In this document: positions 1-8,286 of the stretch, in pieces
How positions within the stretch are numbered: the first letter of the stretch is position 1
Layout: the number at the start of each line of letters is the position of its first letter
NCBI GenBank assembly: GCA_048885535.1
Contig: JBHLLO010000046.1
Location: 1 to 22,633 of the forward strand
Reading direction: 5' to 3'
From: Candidatus Hermodarchaeota archaeon
GTDB taxonomy: Archaea > Asgardarchaeota > Lokiarchaeia > Sigyniarchaeales > SOKP01
DNA: 22,633 bases
Notes under the pieces: generated by a model
What the model was told of the DNA's origin: nothing
Database searches by the model: none
What the model saw: only the letters and a program-made list of their open reading frames with translations
Translations under genes and position numbers: made by a program

Positions 1-197
1 GTAATTTCACGATCACCAACACCATGAGGAATTTCTGAAAAAACTTCATTACTAACTGGAATACCTCCAGCACAACACTTATAGCGCCTTTCTTTAGCAG
101 CTTCAAGTAATAGAACATTTGCCCCTTTTTCTGCCGCAATTTTTGCTGCAGTAGCTCCTCCTGGACCAGCTCCTATAATTATAAGGTCATAAACCAA
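1..197 (-). CDS. Geranylgeranyl reductase-family FAD-dependent oxidoreductase (5' part; runs off the window start)
   Basis: Not in the ORF track. Manual translation from TTG at 197 gives (M)VYDLIIIGAGPGGATAAKIAAEKGANVLLLEAAKERRYKCCAGGIP..., with a GxGxxG FAD motif and the KxCAGG motif typical of GGR/DGGGPL reductases. Confidence 0.85.
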   Translation of the reverse strand, partial: MVYDLIIIGAGPGGATAAKIAAEKGANVLLLEAAKERRYKCCAGGIPVSNEVFSEIPHGVGDREI

Positions 198-309
198 GAA
201 TATAGCCTTAAATTAATTAATACAACTTAATTTTTTGAATGATCTTTATATCATTGTAATTAAATATAAAGTTTAATAAGGCGAAAATCTAATCCAAAAC
301 CTTAATAAA

Positions 310-945
310 TTATAGATTCAAAATCTCTTTCAATTCCATAAAATTACTAATATTAAAATCAGCTAATCGATGTCTTTTTCCTTCAGGATTGAAATAACAA
401 GATTTAATATTTATTGCTAGGGCTGTTTGTATATCAATCTCTCTATCACCAATAGCTATAACTTCCTCTTTCGGGATTTTAAATTCCTTAATTAGATATG
501 AAAACGATGCAGGATTTGGTTTATTTGGAAAGCCATCTTCATGGGAAATTATTTTTTCAAAAAGACTTTCAATTTTATAATATTTTAGTAATTTAAATAA
601 ACTTGTAGAACCTCGATGAGTAATAATAAAATTTTTGCCTCCATTTTTATTAATAAAATGAAGTATTTCTTTTGCTCCTGGATACGGTAACTGTTGCGAT
701 TCCAAATTTACCATATAACCCTTTCTAAAAAGGTCTTGCAGTTCATTTACATCTATATTAAACTTAGACTCTAATTTTTCAAAGCAAAATTTTAGACTCT
801 TTTTACACCACTTTAGAATCTTATCTACATTTAAATTTACGTTATATCTATTCTTTAAAATATTATTTAATATTGAAGCAATATGTGGATAGGTATCGAA
901 TAATGTGCCATCAAAATCCCAAATGACATAATTAAAGCTATTCAT
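310..945 (-). CDS. HAD-superfamily hydrolase (subfamily IA, phosphoglycolate phosphatase-like)
   Basis: Motif I WDFDGTLFDT, motif II ITHR, motif III KPNP, motif IV IGDREIDI. Confidence 0.9.
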   Translation of the reverse strand: MNSFNYVIWDFDGTLFDTYPHIASILNNILKNRYNVNLNVDKILKWCKKSLKFCFEKLESKFNIDVNELQDLFRKGYMVNLESQQLPYPGAKEILHFINKNGGKNFIITHRGSTSLFKLLKYYKIESLFEKIISHEDGFPNKPNPASFSYLIKEFKIPKEEVIAIGDREIDIQTALAINIKSCYFNPEGKRHRLADFNISNFMELKEILNL

Positions 946-1004
946 AACAAACGATTATTTTTCTTTCATTGATCTATTAAAAATCTAAATGATGAATAGA
1001 TAAT

Positions 1005-1478
1005 CTAACTTGAATATTTCTTTGTAGCATCTAAATATCTTTGATCTTTAGCATAATCAAATGACACTAAACGGGTTGGTTTAATAACAATTAGCAACCA
1101 TTCTGTTAATTCAGCTAAGCCTTTCCAATAATTTTTAGCTTCCTCTTTAGTCATATATCGTTCAAATATCGCGTGGGCATTGTTATCCATATCTTTATCA
1201 TCTAAACTAGCTTCACCATAAATGATAACCGCTCTTGTAGGTGGACCCTCCTCATCTACCAAAACTGTCACATTACTATTTCGCTTTATATTGCTCACTC
1301 TACGACTTTTTTTAGGAGCTCCAATCATTATTTTTTCATTTTTATATACAAACCATACAGGAACGGCATGAATAGTTCCATCTTTGTTATGAGTACACAT
1401 CCGAGCAATTTTTGCTTTTTCTAAAAATGTTCTAACTTCTCCTTTTAAAAGTGGAGGTGGTTGAGTATATACATCCAT
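1005..1478 (-). CDS. Pyridoxamine 5'-phosphate oxidase-like split-barrel protein (FMN/F420-binding)
   Basis: ARMCTHNKDGTIHAVPVWF, then RRVSNIKRNSNVTVLVD and AVIIYGEA, which is the PPOX-class pattern. ATG at 1478 preferred; the ORF track starts at TTG 1487. Confidence 0.8.
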   Translation of the reverse strand: MDVYTQPPPLLKGEVRTFLEKAKIARMCTHNKDGTIHAVPVWFVYKNEKIMIGAPKKSRRVSNIKRNSNVTVLVDEEGPPTRAVIIYGEASLDDKDMDNNAHAIFERYMTKEEAKNYWKGLAELTEWLLIVIKPTRLVSFDYAKDQRYLDATKKYSS

Positions 1479-1499
1479 TTTTATCAATTTTCTATATTT

Positions 1500-1558
1500 T
1501 GGATTTAGAATTTATAAGATGTATAATAATTTGTCATATAATTTGATTTCTAAATCCA
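1500..1558. repeat. Perfect 11-bp inverted repeat TGGATTTAGAA-N37-TTCTAAATCCA between the ferritin stop and the PPOX gene start
   Basis: Arms at 1500-1510 and 1548-1558, read directly from the sequence. Confidence 0.75.
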
Positions 1559-1604
1559 TTAAATAGTTATAAAATTTAAAAAAAATAATTTTAAAATTTT
1601 AAGG

Positions 1605-2093
1605 TTAGGGATGTTTTATGTGATGATCCCAAACTCCGAGATTTTTACCACTTAGTAAGAAATTATTATATAAATCAGTAAAGAGATTTTCTTCTTCGAT
1701 TTGCTCTTGAATGAACCAATTTAATAAATCGTAAGCATAATATTCGTTTTTACTCTGAGCTAGGTCCATCAGTTCTTTTATCTTATTTGTAATATACTCT
1801 TCGTGCTTAATAGCTGCCTTCAATACTTCTTCTACATTCTCATAGCTAGTAGAAACCTTTTCAATGGTTCCAAATTCTACTTTTCCACCCGTTTCTTCTA
1901 TATAATGAGCAAATTTCATAGCATGTTTATATTCTTCTTTCTCAGCATGAGTCTTCATAAATTCAGCTAAGCCTTTAAGTCCTTTTTCTACTGCCCAAGC
2001 ACCCATCCCTAAGTAGATATAAGCTGATCGTAGTTCTTCAACAATTTGTTTATTCATCAAATCATTTAATTCGTTTGAAATTAGGTTTACCAT
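1605..2093 (-). CDS. ftnA: Ferritin (non-heme, prokaryotic type)
   Basis: 162 aa with ferroxidase-centre pattern QIVEELRSAYIY, EEYKHA, HEEYIT, WFIQEQIEEE. AGGTGA SD lies 6 nt upstream of the ATG. Confidence 0.92.
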   Translation of the reverse strand: MVNLISNELNDLMNKQIVEELRSAYIYLGMGAWAVEKGLKGLAEFMKTHAEKEEYKHAMKFAHYIEETGGKVEFGTIEKVSTSYENVEEVLKAAIKHEEYITNKIKELMDLAQSKNEYYAYDLLNWFIQEQIEEENLFTDLYNNFLLSGKNLGVWDHHIKHP

Positions 2094-2137
2094 TTTAAAT
2101 CACCTTAGTCAATTTTGTTATGAATTGGTGATTTAAA
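2094..2137 (-). promoter_or_regulatory. Perfect 11-bp inverted repeat TTTAAATCACC-N22-GGTGATTTAAA directly upstream of the ferritin ATG, covering the SD and a TATA-like element
   Basis: Arms at 2094-2104 and 2127-2137. On the minus strand the proximal arm reads GGTGATTTAAA-ATG. Confidence 0.7.
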
Positions 2138-2330
2138 TAAATTCTTCTTTAAATTTCTAAATTCTTTTTGTAAAATGACTTTAATTTGGAAATAGGTGTT
2201 TAATATTTTTTATAAGTTATAAAAGATCAATTAGGGCTAAAACAAAAAGGAATATTAAAATGTAACGATGCAATTAAAAACTATCGATCATAACCTAAAC
2301 ATAACATTTAAAACGAAGTTTGCAAATATT

Positions 2331-3251
2331 ATGACAGAAACAGAAGACATCAAGCCTGAGAAAATTAAATGTCCTATGTGTGGAAAGAAATACGTACCTC
2401 AATTTTTTCATCGCGAAAAAATGAATTATGAGTTAGCAACTCCCATATATAGGTTTAAAGTTCCAAAATTCAAAAGAAATAACAATCATATTCGCCCCAC
2501 TAGCTTTATTCGGCGATCTTGGGTGACTTATTGCCCAAAATGTAAATATATTATAAAATTTGCCGCAGAGGTAGGAAAAAAGGAATTACTAGCAGATTTT
2601 AGCTCTTTTTTTCATTTGAAAGAATTTAAGGAAAATGGAGGTGTTTATGAATATACTTTTTATAACTATGATAAACCCTATAATGATATATTATATTACA
2701 ATAAAATTCTACTGGAATCTCTGAGAACTAGTATTTACAATGCTCTTGAAGACTTAAATTTAAAGCATTGGGGAAAGTTGTACAAAATGTGGAAAAAAGA
2801 GAAATCCATTGATTCATTTAAATTCTTAATCAGATTCTACTCATATCTTTTGAAAAGTAATCAAATTCAAGAAGCAAAACTAAGTAATGAAAAATTTTTA
2901 GATAAGATTGAAGGTTTAAATATATCAGACAACCTTAAGAAAAGATTAGTGGAAATCAAACAATTTAGAACGAAAGCGATTTATGAATATTATGAGTTAA
3001 CCAAAGACGATGAAAAGTTCATTCATAATGTATTTATTGATCTAATGTTTGAAATGGTCATTAATAAATTGGATTATTTTGCTTCAAATAACATTTATGA
3101 CCAAAAAAATATCGATACTATAGATAGACAATTTCTTTATTCTGAAATAAAAAAAGTGTTTTCTGATTATTTTGAAGATCAATTAGGATTATCAGAATTC
3201 CTTAACGAATTTGTAATTTCCTTGATGAATAAGCTGAAGATTACTCTTTAA
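2331..3251 (+). CDS. Hypothetical protein with N-terminal Zn ribbon (CPMC...CPKC) and possible degenerate HEPN/DUF4145-like C-terminal domain
   Basis: Two CxxC pairs and a helical C-terminal half containing LKKRLVEIKQFRTKAIY. ATG at 2331 preferred over 2268 because TTTAAAA lies about 24 nt upstream. Confidence 0.6.
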   Translation: MTETEDIKPEKIKCPMCGKKYVPQFFHREKMNYELATPIYRFKVPKFKRNNNHIRPTSFIRRSWVTYCPKCKYIIKFAAEVGKKELLADFSSFFHLKEFKENGGVYEYTFYNYDKPYNDILYYNKILLESLRTSIYNALEDLNLKHWGKLYKMWKKEKSIDSFKFLIRFYSYLLKSNQIQEAKLSNEKFLDKIEGLNISDNLKKRLVEIKQFRTKAIYEYYELTKDDEKFIHNVFIDLMFEMVINKLDYFASNNIYDQKNIDTIDRQFLYSEIKKVFSDYFEDQLGLSEFLNEFVISLMNKLKITL

Positions 3252-3364
3252 AAAGCGATTCAAACATATTATTTTTTGAAAGTGTCTTCCTTTATTTTAA
3301 AATCACTAAATTTTTTAATAATACAATAGGATAATAATAAAGATAAAAAAAAGTGATTTAAGCT

Positions 3365-4201
3365 ATAAGTATCAAGGATAAAATTTGTTTAATTACAGGT
3401 GCAAATTCTGGTATAGGAAAAGCTACAACAATTGGTTTAGCAGAAATGAATGCGCACATCGTTATGCTCTGTCGTGACAAAGTACGTGGAGAATCAGCAC
3501 AGCAAGAGATTATTGAAATAACAGGAAACCAAAATATTGATTTATTCTTATGTGATTTATCATCTCAGCAACAAATCCGTGAATTTGTCGCAGAATTCAA
3601 GCAAAAGTATCAAAAGCTACATGTTCTGATTAATAATGCAGGTATAATGTTATCTAAGCGCCATACTTCTGTCGATGGAATTGAAATGAATTTTGCAGTC
3701 AATTATCTCGCTCCTTTTCTGCTTTCCAATCTCCTACTTGATGTATTAAAAAGTAGTAATCCAAGTAGAATAATTAATGTAAGTTCAGGAACTCATAAAA
3801 ATGCATCTATAGATTTTAATGATCTCCAAAGTTCAAATAAGAAATATCGGGCGTTTAAGGTATATGGAATATCGAAATTAGCGTTGACAATGTTTACCTA
3901 CGAATTAAGCAGAAAAGTAAAACAATTTGGAATAACAGTTAATGCGGTTCATCCTGGTGTGGTAAATTCTAACTTAGGTCGTGATCTATCAACTTTTTCT
4001 CAAGCTTTTGGAAGACTTTTCTTCAAAAAGCCAATTAAAGGAGCAGAAACTTCAATATATTTAGCATCTTCTCTTGAGATTGAAGGTGTAACCGGGAAAT
4101 ATTTTGTAAAGAAACAACCTATAAATTCTTCTAAAGAATCCTACAATGAGGACGATGCTAAAAAACTATGGAAAATCAGTGCTAATATGACTAATTTATA
4201 A
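3365..4201 (+). CDS. Short-chain dehydrogenase/reductase (retinol dehydrogenase/WWOX-like subgroup)
   Basis: The frame extends upstream of ATG 3446 to ATA 3365 (ISIKDKICLITGANSGIGKAT, TGxxxGIG motif). Also INNAG, NVSS, catalytic YGISK, VHPGVV and GKYF. Confidence 0.88.
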   Translation: MSIKDKICLITGANSGIGKATTIGLAEMNAHIVMLCRDKVRGESAQQEIIEITGNQNIDLFLCDLSSQQQIREFVAEFKQKYQKLHVLINNAGIMLSKRHTSVDGIEMNFAVNYLAPFLLSNLLLDVLKSSNPSRIINVSSGTHKNASIDFNDLQSSNKKYRAFKVYGISKLALTMFTYELSRKVKQFGITVNAVHPGVVNSNLGRDLSTFSQAFGRLFFKKPIKGAETSIYLASSLEIEGVTGKYFVKKQPINSSKESYNEDDAKKLWKISANMTNL

Positions 4202-4344
4202 AAATAGTTATTAATTTCGGTTGTAATTACGATAACAACATTTAATACTTCAAAAATTTACCATTTTCTTTTAAATAGTCACTAAATGATTTGAGAATAT
4301 AGGGATAAATAAGTATATAAAAAAATTTAAAGAGGCTTGACTAA

Positions 4345-4482
4345 ATGCATCAACTTAAGAAGAGAAAGTTTCTAGATGAAAAAATAACATTGCAAACAGA
4401 AAATCCAAAAGAATATTATCTCGATATCTTTAAAGAAATCATCCAAGAAATAAGAGAAAATAATGAAAGTATAATCAAATAA
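4345..4482 (+). CDS. Small hypothetical protein, 45 aa (MHQLKKRKFLDEKITLQTENPKEYYLDIFKEIIQEIRENNESIIK)
   Basis: ATG...TAA ORF below the track cutoff, with AGAGG at 4331-4335 and TATATAAA at about 4314-4321 upstream. Purine-rich coding-like composition within an intergenic gap. Confidence 0.55.
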   Translation: MHQLKKRKFLDEKITLQTENPKEYYLDIFKEIIQEIRENNESIIK

Positions 4483-4562
4483 ATTGTTCATTAGACGATC
4501 ATTTTTATTTTTTATATTCTAAAATATCACATAATAAAATTCTCAAATATTATGTGAAATCG

Positions 4563-5039
4563 ATGTCTTTTAATAATATTCCTTATAATCTAGGAACAGT
4601 TAATCCTATCGAAGAGTATGCCGAAGTAGGATCAAGTAAAATTCATGGATTAGGATTATTTGCTAAGAAAAAGATTCCAAAGGGGACAATATGGTGGCAT
4701 GCTCGTCCACAAGACGTCCTAATTATTACAAAGGATCAATTCTTAAGCCTTGAAGTATCTCATAAAACACTGAAAATTAAAGATTATATAGATGTCTTAC
4801 TAACCTATTCTTATTATGAAAGAGACCTTGATGCTCTCATATTTTGTTTGGATAACTCTCGATTCGTAAATCATTCATTTAACGCAAATTCTGGTGCTTC
4901 TGAAGATGAGAATGGATTTTGTGCCGTAGCACTTAGAGATATTCAACCAGGTGAAGAAATAACGGAAGATTATTCCAAATATACTCTTTGTTCATGGTTA
5001 CAAAAATATAAACATTATTTTGATCCTTGTTGCTGGTAG
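4563..5039 (+). CDS. SET-domain protein (putative protein-lysine methyltransferase)
   Basis: SKIHGLGLFAKKKIPKGT (motif I), RFVNHS (motif III), ALRDIQPGEEITEDY (motif IV). Start is GTG 4554 or ATG 4563. Confidence 0.92.
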   Translation: MSFNNIPYNLGTVNPIEEYAEVGSSKIHGLGLFAKKKIPKGTIWWHARPQDVLIITKDQFLSLEVSHKTLKIKDYIDVLLTYSYYERDLDALIFCLDNSRFVNHSFNANSGASEDENGFCAVALRDIQPGEEITEDYSKYTLCSWLQKYKHYFDPCCW

Positions 5040-5066
5040 AGTGAGCCTCATCTCAACTTTAAATAG

Positions 5067-6212
5067 TTAGATGCTTTTCAAACCAAATTGAACAACAGTA
5101 TCTTCTGTAATATCAGATATATCTTTAAGTTCTTGTTCAGAAAAATCTGGACTATAATAAGTGGGCTTATGAAGGCTATTAACATAAATTTTTTTTACTT
5201 TTTCAAACCTTTCAGCAGGTAATTCGACGTGTTCAAGAATTTGATCTATTTTTTTTGCAGGACTTTCACAAAGATCATCATAATCGACAACAAGGGTTGC
5301 TTCTCTAAAATTGTTGTTTATTTTAAGATTATTTGCAATATAATCATAAATAGACCTCCAATAATACGCCCACCCTTTAACATACGTCTTCTTATTTCTC
5401 CATAACTTACGAATTTTGTATATGAGTTCAGTGTTATTCAAATTAATACATACTTGGTGATGACCAAACTCATAATGCCCAATTAATCTAAACCAATCCT
5501 GTAATAAAGGTGCTTTAGACTCAATATTCATAAAAAGTTTTGTTTGCTTGATTAAAGAAGCGATTTGATTAACGGGATTCCGGATAATTAATAAAAATTT
5601 AGTTTTTGGAAAAATTTTCAGTAAATATTCGAACCTTGAGACATGATAATTATTTTTTGCTACATAGCGAGGCTTATTCTGATCTATAAGAAGCTTTCGA
5701 ATATGATTTTGATAAAAATTTTCAAATTTGGGATTCGAAGTACTTCTATTGAGAATGTTTGAAACGTTTTCATTATGAAGATTATTAAAATATTTTTGCC
5801 AAAATATTTCTTCCACAGCTTCAGGACTTTCATGTGTTATAAATATTCCATCCATATGTATGCGTTCAAATGGTTTGGTATAAATTTTAAGCCTTCTTAT
5901 AAACATGCTAATCCAGTGAGGTAGATAGGGCATAAGAAGATGTTTATATTGGTGTGAAGCCAAATCTGGATGCTGACTTAACATTTCTAGAGTGATTGTA
6001 GTACCAGCACGGGCAAGTCCAGTGATATATATTGGTCTATCAATAACCACGTTCTCTAAATCTATACTTAAATACATAGATTCAAATCTATCAAGCAAAA
6101 ATGATAAAAATTTAAACGAATCAAAAAACTTCGTCACTCCATATCCTAAATATCCAAGCAACGGAAATTTAAATGAGTCATCATCTTTTGATTTTATTTT
6201 TATGCTTAACAA
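5067..6212 (-). CDS. Sulfotransferase-family protein (PAPS-dependent)
   Basis: 5'-PSB loop PIYITGLARAGTT and 3'-PB motif FLLIIRNPVNQIAS, plus YDDLCESP. TTG start with GGGGA upstream. Confidence 0.88.
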   Translation of the reverse strand: MLSIKIKSKDDDSFKFPLLGYLGYGVTKFFDSFKFLSFLLDRFESMYLSIDLENVVIDRPIYITGLARAGTTITLEMLSQHPDLASHQYKHLLMPYLPHWISMFIRRLKIYTKPFERIHMDGIFITHESPEAVEEIFWQKYFNNLHNENVSNILNRSTSNPKFENFYQNHIRKLLIDQNKPRYVAKNNYHVSRFEYLLKIFPKTKFLLIIRNPVNQIASLIKQTKLFMNIESKAPLLQDWFRLIGHYEFGHHQVCINLNNTELIYKIRKLWRNKKTYVKGWAYYWRSIYDYIANNLKINNNFREATLVVDYDDLCESPAKKIDQILEHVELPAERFEKVKKIYVNSLHKPTYYSPDFSEQELKDISDITEDTVVQFGLKSI

Positions 6213-6428
6213 TTAAATCCCCGTACTTATTTGAAAGACCAATGTTTCAATTTAACATTACTCAATGGTGTTCCATTTTTATTTTTTGTTATTTAACATC
6301 CTATTTTAGATTATTTATATTCAATTGTCAAATTCTAAATAAATAATACAAATCATCTACTCCCATCAAAAGGAATTCTTAGTCAAATTTCAGAATCTTT
6401 ATATTTACACAATAAATTATGATCGACT

Positions 6429-7274
6429 ATGTCTGAAACAAATTCTAAATCTTGGATAAAAAATCTAATTATTCTTGCAATTTTTATTGGAATAGTAATA
6501 CTAACTGCTGAAGTAGATTGGGCAGCCGAGAACCCATCGGTAGGATTACCAATACGTCTTTTCTGGCTAATTTCTTTATTATCGCTAGGTTTGATATTAC
6601 CTATTATTTTCATGTATCTAGCAGGTAATAAAGATAGCGAGAGAGATGATAGAGATAAAAAATGGTTTATTATTGCAATAATATTATTTTTGATCGCTAA
6701 TGGAATACCAATCGTATTTTACGTAGTGTTAGGTATAGCACCTGGCTTTTTCTTATACATACAATTAATATTGTTTGGACTAATTCCAGCCTTTTTCCTT
6801 CAACCTAAATTGACGAAAAATCGAATCTTAATATTAATCATCCTATTTGCCCTTGTTATTGTACCAATAGGAATTTTGGTTAATTTCACAATTGATGATC
6901 TCTGGGCTGGAGCTGTTGATAAAACAATGTACTACATGTCTTTCTGGGGATTATTAATGACTTTTTTCTATTTGATTATTGCGATTGGATGGAAACTTGG
7001 AGGTGGTTCAAAACGGCAAAGCTGGAATATATTTGTTGCAGGAACATTGTTACAATTTAGTACTCTCGAGGATTTCTTCTATTTTCTTCTAAATGGGCAA
7101 CCTCTTCCTGGTTTATGGCCTTGGTTGAGAAACTTCGTAATTAATCTAGAATGGCTGTTTGGACACGTTCCCACAGATTTAGATCTGCTGATATTTTGCT
7201 TGATAGTTTCAACCATTGCCATTTTGATTTTATTTGATATTCATGGTTATGTCTGGAAGAAAATAAAAAAATAA
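6429..7274 (+). CDS. Uncharacterised polytopic membrane protein
   Basis: 281 aa with about 8 hydrophobic segments and a C-terminal LEDFFYFLLNGQPLPGLWPWL motif. Confidence 0.75.
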   Translation: MSETNSKSWIKNLIILAIFIGIVILTAEVDWAAENPSVGLPIRLFWLISLLSLGLILPIIFMYLAGNKDSERDDRDKKWFIIAIILFLIANGIPIVFYVVLGIAPGFFLYIQLILFGLIPAFFLQPKLTKNRILILIILFALVIVPIGILVNFTIDDLWAGAVDKTMYYMSFWGLLMTFFYLIIAIGWKLGGGSKRQSWNIFVAGTLLQFSTLEDFFYFLLNGQPLPGLWPWLRNFVINLEWLFGHVPTDLDLLIFCLIVSTIAILILFDIHGYVWKKIKK

Positions 7275-7347
7275 ATCTCCTCAAATTTTTTCTTTTTTTT
7301 CTTAAGTATAAATTTTATAAGTTTCCTTCTCCGCAATTAATTAAGTC

Positions 7348-8286
7348 ATGAGTGACTATGACAAAATAGCCCAGAAATTCCATAATAGTTTAAAGGCTAT
7401 TGGTTGTAAAGGAGCTATCGTATCTGGAAAACACATTACCGAAATAATAACAGAAATTCAAGAACGCCGAAATAAAAAGCTCCTTGACTCAGATTTTTAT
7501 GAAGAATATAAAAATTTCTTTGAAGTTAAACCAGACGTAAGTTTTCCTCAAATCAACTCTATTTTTATTATAGCACATCCACACCCGGCAACAGAAGTAA
7601 TTTTTCATCACAATGAGAAAGAAATTCCTTTACTTGTTCCTCCGACCTATTTGCAAGGGCTAGAAATAATTGAAAAATTAAATGACCTTTTAACCTCAAT
7701 TCTATCTCCAAAAGGTTATAATATAGCTTATGCACGGATTCCATTAAAAACTTTATCCGTTCATAGTGGATTAACTGAATATGGTAGAAACAATATAACT
7801 TATGTTAATGGAATGGGAAGCTTTTATCGTCTTTCTGCTTACTATTCTGATTTTCAATCTGAACAAGAAACTTGGCGTGAACTTAAGATGATGGACATAT
7901 GTGAAGCTTGTCAAGCTTGTGTTCGAAATTGTCCAACTGGGGCTATACCTACTGATCGATTTCTTTTACGTGCTGAGCGATGTATCACATACCATAATGA
8001 ACATCCACCTGAAGTTGTTTTCCCAGAATGGATCGACCCTAGTTGGCATAATTGTCTAGTTGGTTGTCTCCATTGTCAACGAGTATGTCCAGCAAATAAA
8101 AAAGTAATTAATTGGGTTGAAAAGGGACCAGAGTTTACAGAGAAAGAAACACAGCAGATTTTAGAAGGTAAAAACGAAGAAAATCTTCCAGAGTTAACAA
8201 TTAAGAAACTGAAAGACTATGATTTAATGGAATATCTAGAGTTATTTCCACGAAATATAGGGGTTTTTCTAAAGAATAAATCTTAA
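7348..8286 (+). CDS. Epoxyqueuosine reductase/reductive dehalogenase-like 2x[4Fe-4S] protein
   Basis: SGLTEYGRNNITYVNGMGSF, CEACQACVRNCPTGAI, RCITYHNE, CLVGCLHCQRVCPAN, matching the QueG-type double-cluster Cys spacing. Confidence 0.8.
   Translation: MSDYDKIAQKFHNSLKAIGCKGAIVSGKHITEIITEIQERRNKKLLDSDFYEEYKNFFEVKPDVSFPQINSIFIIAHPHPATEVIFHHNEKEIPLLVPPTYLQGLEIIEKLNDLLTSILSPKGYNIAYARIPLKTLSVHSGLTEYGRNNITYVNGMGSFYRLSAYYSDFQSEQETWRELKMMDICEACQACVRNCPTGAIPTDRFLLRAERCITYHNEHPPEVVFPEWIDPSWHNCLVGCLHCQRVCPANKKVINWVEKGPEFTEKETQQILEGKNEENLPELTIKKLKDYDLMEYLELFPRNIGVFLKNKS

Noticed and set aside
2094-2137. Canonical eukaryotic iron-responsive element
   Set aside because: There is no CAGUGN apical loop with a bulged C, so only a functional analogy can be proposed.
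1500-2137. Ferritin as cargo of a MITE/transposon bounded by the two inverted repeats
   Set aside because: Each repeat is self-contained, the two are not terminal inverted copies of each other beyond a 6-nt core, and no target-site duplication is evident.
5992-6613. ORFs 5992..6216 (+) and 6383..6613 (-)
   Set aside because: Antisense shadows of the sulfotransferase and the membrane protein, with no recognisable motifs.
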